Below are positions 17,237 through 20,231 of a stretch of DNA of 20,231 nucleotides, one piece after another (the stretch's first letter is position 1; the number at the start of each line of letters is the position of its first letter). The stretch covers positions 1 to 20,231 of the forward strand of contig JBJFGS010000013.1 in assembly GCA_051892935.1 (NCBI GenBank), read 5' to 3'. The notes beneath the pieces were generated by a model, which worked only from the letters and a program-made list of their open reading frames with translations, made no database searches and had not been told where the DNA came from. The stretch is from Candidatus Coprovivens sp. GTDB lineage: Bacteria > Bacillota_I > Bacilli_A > RF39 > UBA660. Both the position numbers and the translations under genes were made by a program.

Positions 17237-17264
17237 TTCATTATAGAGGATGCTATTTACGCGT
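17237..17264 (-). promoter_or_regulatory. 28-bp promoter-like motif, copy 6 (overlaps stop of ORF 17253-17465)
   Basis: Minus strand ACGCGTAAATAGCATCCTCTATAATGAA; contains a perfect TATAAT. Confidence 0.7.
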
Positions 17265-17465
17265 ATCGTCTACCTTTAATATAATCTCATCGTTGTTCTT
17301 AAGATTATCTAAAGGTATTTTAATTTCGATACTATAAATATCTTTGTCTGGGTTGGTTCTATCAATTTTGAGAATACCGAATATTGGTTTAAATTTATAC
17401 ATCACCTCCCTTAATAAATATCCAGATAGAATTCCAATCACTAAACCATAACAGAAGTCTACCAT
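17253..17465 (-). CDS. Small protein with N-terminal TM helix (70 aa)
   Basis: RBS AAAGGAGGA; FCYGLVIGILSGYLL. Confidence 0.75.
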   Translation of the reverse strand: MVDFCYGLVIGILSGYLLREVMYKFKPIFGILKIDRTNPDKDIYSIEIKIPLDNLKNNDEIILKVDDTRK

Positions 17466-17501
17466 GATAAATTCCTCCTTTACTAAAATATCATTATTTA
17501 A

Positions 17502-17518
17502 TGTAACCTGAGTACGGT
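17502..17518. repeat. 17-bp site, inverted copy of 18303-18319 (candidate operator)
   Basis: TGTAACCTGAGTACGGT vs reverse complement of 18303-18319, TGTAACCTACGTACGGT: 15/17 identical. Confidence 0.55.
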
Positions 17519-17530
17519 AAAATTTAAAAC

Positions 17531-17562
17531 AAAAAAAAGAAAGAGCCTAAATATAGACTCTT
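17531..17562 (-). terminator. Intrinsic terminator
   Basis: Minus strand AAGAGTCTA-TATT-TAGGCTCTT followed by TCTTTTTTTT. Confidence 0.75.
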
Positions 17563-17565
17563 AAT

Positions 17566-17988
17566 TTATTGCCTAGCTTTGTTTAATAACCAAAAGAAGC
17601 GTCTGTAACGATCATAATACATATCTTTTCCGCAAGGTATTTCTAATTTAGTTTTAAGATGATTATATGATAATTCTTCAGTAACCCCTCTTAAGATATA
17701 ATAACCTATTTCATTATCAGCTTCGTAAGCTGTTTTTTCTATAATATCAATTCTGTTCGCTAATAAAGTTTTTGCTATTGCATATTTTTCAGTTAAATTT
17801 GATGGAACATTAGTGCATGCTGGCACTTCTGAATAATTATTTATCTGTGTTCCCATTTCGTCTAATATATTATAAGCTTTTTTCCACATTGGGTATTGAA
17901 GACAAAAATGCTTTAGTTCATAATAACGATGTTTATCAATCCAATATTTATTCTTTTCTGACAATTCTGCACGTAACTTAGTAGCCAT
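17566..17988 (-). CDS. Putative transcriptional regulator (ArpU/RinA- or sigma region 4-like)
   Basis: Start moved to MATKL (TAATG coupling); about 140 aa, helical, with C-terminal HTH-like LSYNHLKTKLEIPCGKDMYYDRYRRFFWLL. Family assignment by resemblance only. Confidence 0.5.
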   Translation of the reverse strand: MATKLRAELSEKNKYWIDKHRYYELKHFCLQYPMWKKAYNILDEMGTQINNYSEVPACTNVPSNLTEKYAIAKTLLANRIDIIEKTAYEADNEIGYYILRGVTEELSYNHLKTKLEIPCGKDMYYDRYRRFFWLLNKARQ

Positions 17989-18233
17989 TAATGTTTTTCC
18001 CCTTTCCACACGTAACCAGTATCTTCCCATAATTTTTTAGGAGATATATAGAAATTTATCCTTCCATATTTAGAATCCATATCCTCTATTTTAGTAACAA
18101 GTTTATGATGCCTTGTTGCTTTTCCAATTGGCAGCCAACCAGCCACGATTCCAGCTCTAACCCAAGATGCATCTTTTCCATAAACTTTTGCAGCTACTGC
18201 TACCGGAACTGAACCTTTTACAAATTCTTTCAT
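17988..18233 (-). CDS. Small HTH / excisionase-like DNA-binding protein
   Basis: VPVAVAAKVYGKDASWVRAGIVAGWLPIG fits a winged-HTH (Xis/MerR-like) pattern. Confidence 0.6.
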   Translation of the reverse strand: MKEFVKGSVPVAVAAKVYGKDASWVRAGIVAGWLPIGKATRHHKLVTKIEDMDSKYGRINFYISPKKLWEDTGYVWKGEKH

Positions 18234-18302
18234 ATAAAATGCCCTCCTTTAGGTATAAGTTTAATACGAAAAATGTTATAGGTAAATATAAATTCTGTAA
18301 GA

Positions 18303-18319
18303 ACCGTACGTAGGTTACA
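18303..18319. repeat. 17-bp site, inverted copy of 17502-17518, inside a TTCTGTAA...TTACAGAA dyad
   Basis: ACCGTACGTAGGTTACA; lies upstream of the HTH gene. Confidence 0.55.
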
Positions 18320-18326
18320 GAAAAAA

Positions 18327-19088
18327 TTAATTAAAATTTATGCCTTCTTGGATATAATTATTTATATTTAAAAAATTACTTTTATTAGATATTGTGTTGT
18401 TTTCATATTTTTCAATTTTGTAGTTTTCTACTCCTAATTTCCTACATAAATCTTTTATGTTGTTTTCTAGAGATGCCATAGCATTATCCATAATTTGTTG
18501 CTCTGTTTTTAAATAGTTCTCGGTTTCTTGTGTAGAAAAATTAGCCATAGCGTTTGTTTCATTAGAAGTAAAATTCTTAGCTAATAAACCGTTATTTTCG
18601 TCTACATACGCTGTTTTATAGTCAATACGAACATCTTCTATTGATAAATTTGTCTCATGTAGTTTTATCTTTAATGCATCATCTTCATACACAACATTGA
18701 TGTTTTTAAAATCGTAAGTAACATTGTAATAGTATTTAGCTGTAAATATGACATCTTTATAGGTTAGTCGGTTCCATATATTTTTGCATATATTTGTTAC
18801 ACTATCAGCCATAACTGCTTTACACTTATTACTAAATCTATAAGACGTTTCTATTGTTCCTCTAGCTACAATCATTTTGTTCATTGATTTAAATGTTTCA
18901 TTGAGTATATTTTTATCTGTGTACATTTCTTTTATCTGTTGTTCAGCATCTTTAATTTGTTTCTTATATTCTTCTATTAGCTCTTGTCTTCTCTGTTCTT
19001 CCTGACGCTTTTGTTGAACATAAGTTGTCGCACCGATTGAAGTAGCACTAGTAATAACCAATAAACCAGCTATAGTTTTTCCTTTCAT
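18327..19088 (-). CDS. Membrane-anchored coiled-coil protein, DUF4230-like
   Basis: N-terminal hydrophobic helix, Q/E coiled coil, then beta-rich domain (YNVTYDFKNINV...LKIKL) and helical end (IMDNA...NNIKDL..LG) resembling DUF4230. Confidence 0.6.
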   Translation of the reverse strand: MKGKTIAGLLVITSATSIGATTYVQQKRQEEQRRQELIEEYKKQIKDAEQQIKEMYTDKNILNETFKSMNKMIVARGTIETSYRFSNKCKAVMADSVTNICKNIWNRLTYKDVIFTAKYYYNVTYDFKNINVVYEDDALKIKLHETNLSIEDVRIDYKTAYVDENNGLLAKNFTSNETNAMANFSTQETENYLKTEQQIMDNAMASLENNIKDLCRKLGVENYKIEKYENNTISNKSNFLNINNYIQEGINFN

Positions 19089-19107
19089 ATTATAAAACTC
19101 CTTTCAA

Positions 19108-19300
19108 TAAAAAATAAAAGAAGAGAGCGTAACCTTCGCGAACCTTCGTCCCCACGCTACTAGTAAACTCCCTCTAGACGTAGCACCGAGTCATTTCTCG
19201 GCACGAATTTACACTTGCTTCGAACCTTCGTCCCTACACTACTAGTATACTGTTCCTAGATGTAGCACCAAGTCTTTTCCTGGCTAAGCTTAATTTTATC
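19108..19300 (-). ncRNA. Structured ncRNA A: two tandem 64-nt domains (19139-19202, 19221-19284)
   Basis: Own motif upstream and T-tract downstream; no ORF; copies 52/64 identical with pairing-preserving changes; GC-richer than surroundings. Confidence 0.7.
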
Positions 19301-19302
19301 TC

Positions 19303-19330
19303 TTCATAATAGGAGATGTAAAAAGTGCGT
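19303..19330 (-). promoter_or_regulatory. 28-bp promoter-like motif, copy 7 (divergent)
   Basis: Minus strand ACGCACTTTTTACATCTCCTATTATGAA. Confidence 0.65.
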
Positions 19331-19534
19331 AAGAAAAAGTAAAAGGGCTTGTATATCACGATAGCGAATCGCTCTCATCTTATCTCAAGGTCATTAACCT
19401 TCTCATAAGCCCCACGGTCAATTCCGCACAACTACCCATATACTCTAACATCGAATCGCTCTCATCTTATCTCAAGGTCATTAACCTTCTCATAAGCCCC
19501 ACGGTCAATTCCGCACAAATGTCAGTTTTTAATC
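19331..19534 (-). ncRNA. Structured ncRNA B: two identical 67-nt domains (19365-19431, 19452-19518)
   Basis: Perfect direct repeat with a 20-nt linker; two hairpins per copy; own motif upstream and TTTTACTTTTTCTT downstream. Confidence 0.7.
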
Positions 19535-19536
19535 TC

Positions 19537-19564
19537 TTCATAATAGGAGATGTTTTTTTCGCGA
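19537..19564 (-). promoter_or_regulatory. 28-bp promoter-like motif, copy 8
   Basis: Minus strand TCGCGAAAAAAACATCTCCTATTATGAA. Confidence 0.7.
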
Positions 19565-19677
19565 AAAAAAAGAAGATGTATGAATCACTGTCTCACTACC
19601 CTTACCTCAAGGTTTTTAACCTTCTCGTAAGTACTATGTCAATTCATAGCCGTTTATCATACTTAATTAATCTTCTT
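19565..19677 (-). ncRNA. Structured ncRNA C: single domain homologous to B
   Basis: CUAUG-AAUUGA-CAUAG and CUUAC-GAG-AAGGU-UAAAA-ACCUU-GAG-GUAAG; closed by GUAUGA/UCAUAC and AAGAAGAU/AUCUUCUU; ends in a T-tract. Confidence 0.65.
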
Positions 19678-19705
19678 TTCATAATAGTAGTTGTATTTTT
19701 CGCGT
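19678..19705 (-). promoter_or_regulatory. 28-bp promoter-like motif, copy 9
   Basis: Minus strand ACGCGAAAAATACAACTACTATTATGAA. Confidence 0.75.
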
Positions 19706-19733
19706 AAAAAGAAAAAGGAGCGGTAAAGCTCCC
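19706..19733 (-). terminator. Intrinsic terminator abutting motif copy 9
   Basis: Minus strand GGAGC-TTTACC-GCTCC followed by TTTTTCTTTTT. Confidence 0.75.
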
Positions 19734-19742
19734 ATTATAGAA

Positions 19743-20168
19743 TTATCTTAATGCTTCTTTAACATTTATAAAATCTGCTATTGTTTCTATGATTGCTTGT
19801 CTATCTGCTTCTTTTTCTTTTAATACTATTTTTGTTGCTTCATCCATACCTTTATTCATAAGGTTAGTGATTTTATTCTCAACTCTACTACGTTTTAGTT
19901 CTTCATTTTTGATAAGCCTATCGATTAATGGACCACCAACTACTCTTTTAACTAATTCTGCAGTTTCACCTTGTTGTATTAATTTCTCTGCCACTCCTTC
20001 GTAAGCTTCTTTGTATAGTTCTTTATCCATCTTAAGAGCTTTGACTTCTTTGGTTTGTAAATAATACAATACACCTAATCCTGTAGAACAAACTATTCCA
20101 GCTGTTGATAGTATTGTTAATCCAACCTTCTTATCTTTCTTTTCTTTTCCGTTAGTTTCATTTTTCAT
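19743..20168 (-). CDS. Membrane-anchored coiled-coil hypothetical protein
   Basis: Start moved to MKNET (RBS AAAGGAGAG); VGLTILSTAGIVCSTGLGVLYYL helix. Confidence 0.75.
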   Translation of the reverse strand: MKNETNGKEKKDKKVGLTILSTAGIVCSTGLGVLYYLQTKEVKALKMDKELYKEAYEGVAEKLIQQGETAELVKRVVGGPLIDRLIKNEELKRSRVENKITNLMNKGMDEATKIVLKEKEADRQAIIETIADFINVKEALR

Positions 20169-20199
20169 AAAAATCTCTCCTTTAATAAAAATAATATCT

Positions 20200-20227
20200 T
20201 TCATTAAAATCAATGTAATTTTCGCGT
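20200..20227 (-). promoter_or_regulatory. 28-bp promoter-like motif, copy 10
   Basis: Minus strand ACGCGAAAATTACATTGATTTTAATGAA. Confidence 0.75.
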
Positions 20228-20231
20228 ATTT

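Noticed and set aside
19183-19204. Plus-strand GCACCGAGTC resembling the 3' hairpin of the SpCas9 tracrRNA
   Set aside because: Short match on the strand opposite the promoter motif; not retained in the second copy.
19139-19284. Self-cleaving ribozyme (hammerhead, HDV-like/theta) or c-di-GMP-I riboswitch
   Set aside because: No CUGANGA/GAAA core, could not build the HDV nested pseudoknot, and no GNRA-tetraloop GEMM consensus. An Infernal search would settle it.
19409-19431. Resemblance to 16S rRNA around the GGAAUUGACGGGG / CCGCACAA region
   Set aside because: Only 8-9 nt patches, in inconsistent orientation, with no extended rRNA homology.
19139-19518. CRISPR array, or TnpB/Cas12-type scaffold plus 20-nt guide array
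   Set aside because: Only two copies per repeat type, repeats of 64-67 nt, and no Cas, TnpB or Tas-like gene in the window. The apparent spacers base-pair with the flanks to close each domain. Not fully excluded without a target search.
2729-20004. All plus-strand ORFs in the track (2729, 3981, 5051, 5602, 7108, 9972, 13837, 17032, 19519, 19789) and nested minus ORF 3318-3515
   Set aside because: Antisense or out-of-frame shadows of well-supported minus-strand genes or RNAs, with no recognisable domains.
1-20231. Stop-codon recoding, integrase/att site or diversity-generating retroelement
   Set aside because: Genes are intact in the standard code with TAA, TAG and TGA all used as stops. No integrase or reverse transcriptase is present. 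The tRNA-like element is full-length and has its own motif, unlike an att remnant.

Overview
AT-rich fragment of a tailed-phage genome (early/replication region), most likely infecting a low-GC Bacillota (Clostridia-like) host. All credible genes are on the minus strand with strong AAAGGAG-type RBSs. No structural, lysis-cassette or integrase genes are visible. Read right to left it contains: early small genes; a DUF4230-like protein; an HTH/xis-like plus activator-like regulator pair; three DUF6353-like paralogs and a shorter relative; DUF2958, thyX and DUF3310; many tiny membrane proteins; a secreted amidase; a 1309-aa helicase-primase-PolB fusion; SSB; an HNH endonuclease; an SF2 helicase; and the start of a dUTPase. 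Two things are not explained by the ORFs. (1) A 28-bp promoter-like motif (minus strand ACGCGAAAWWWACA-N5-TDTWATGAA) occurs 10 times, each heading a short promoter-cargo-terminator unit. (2) Four of these units carry non-coding cargo: a tRNA-like RNA with a broken anticodon arm (15948-16018), and three RNAs at about 19108-19677 that together hold five copies of a covarying three-way-junction fold I cannot assign to a known family. All structures and family assignments were made by eye, without database searches.
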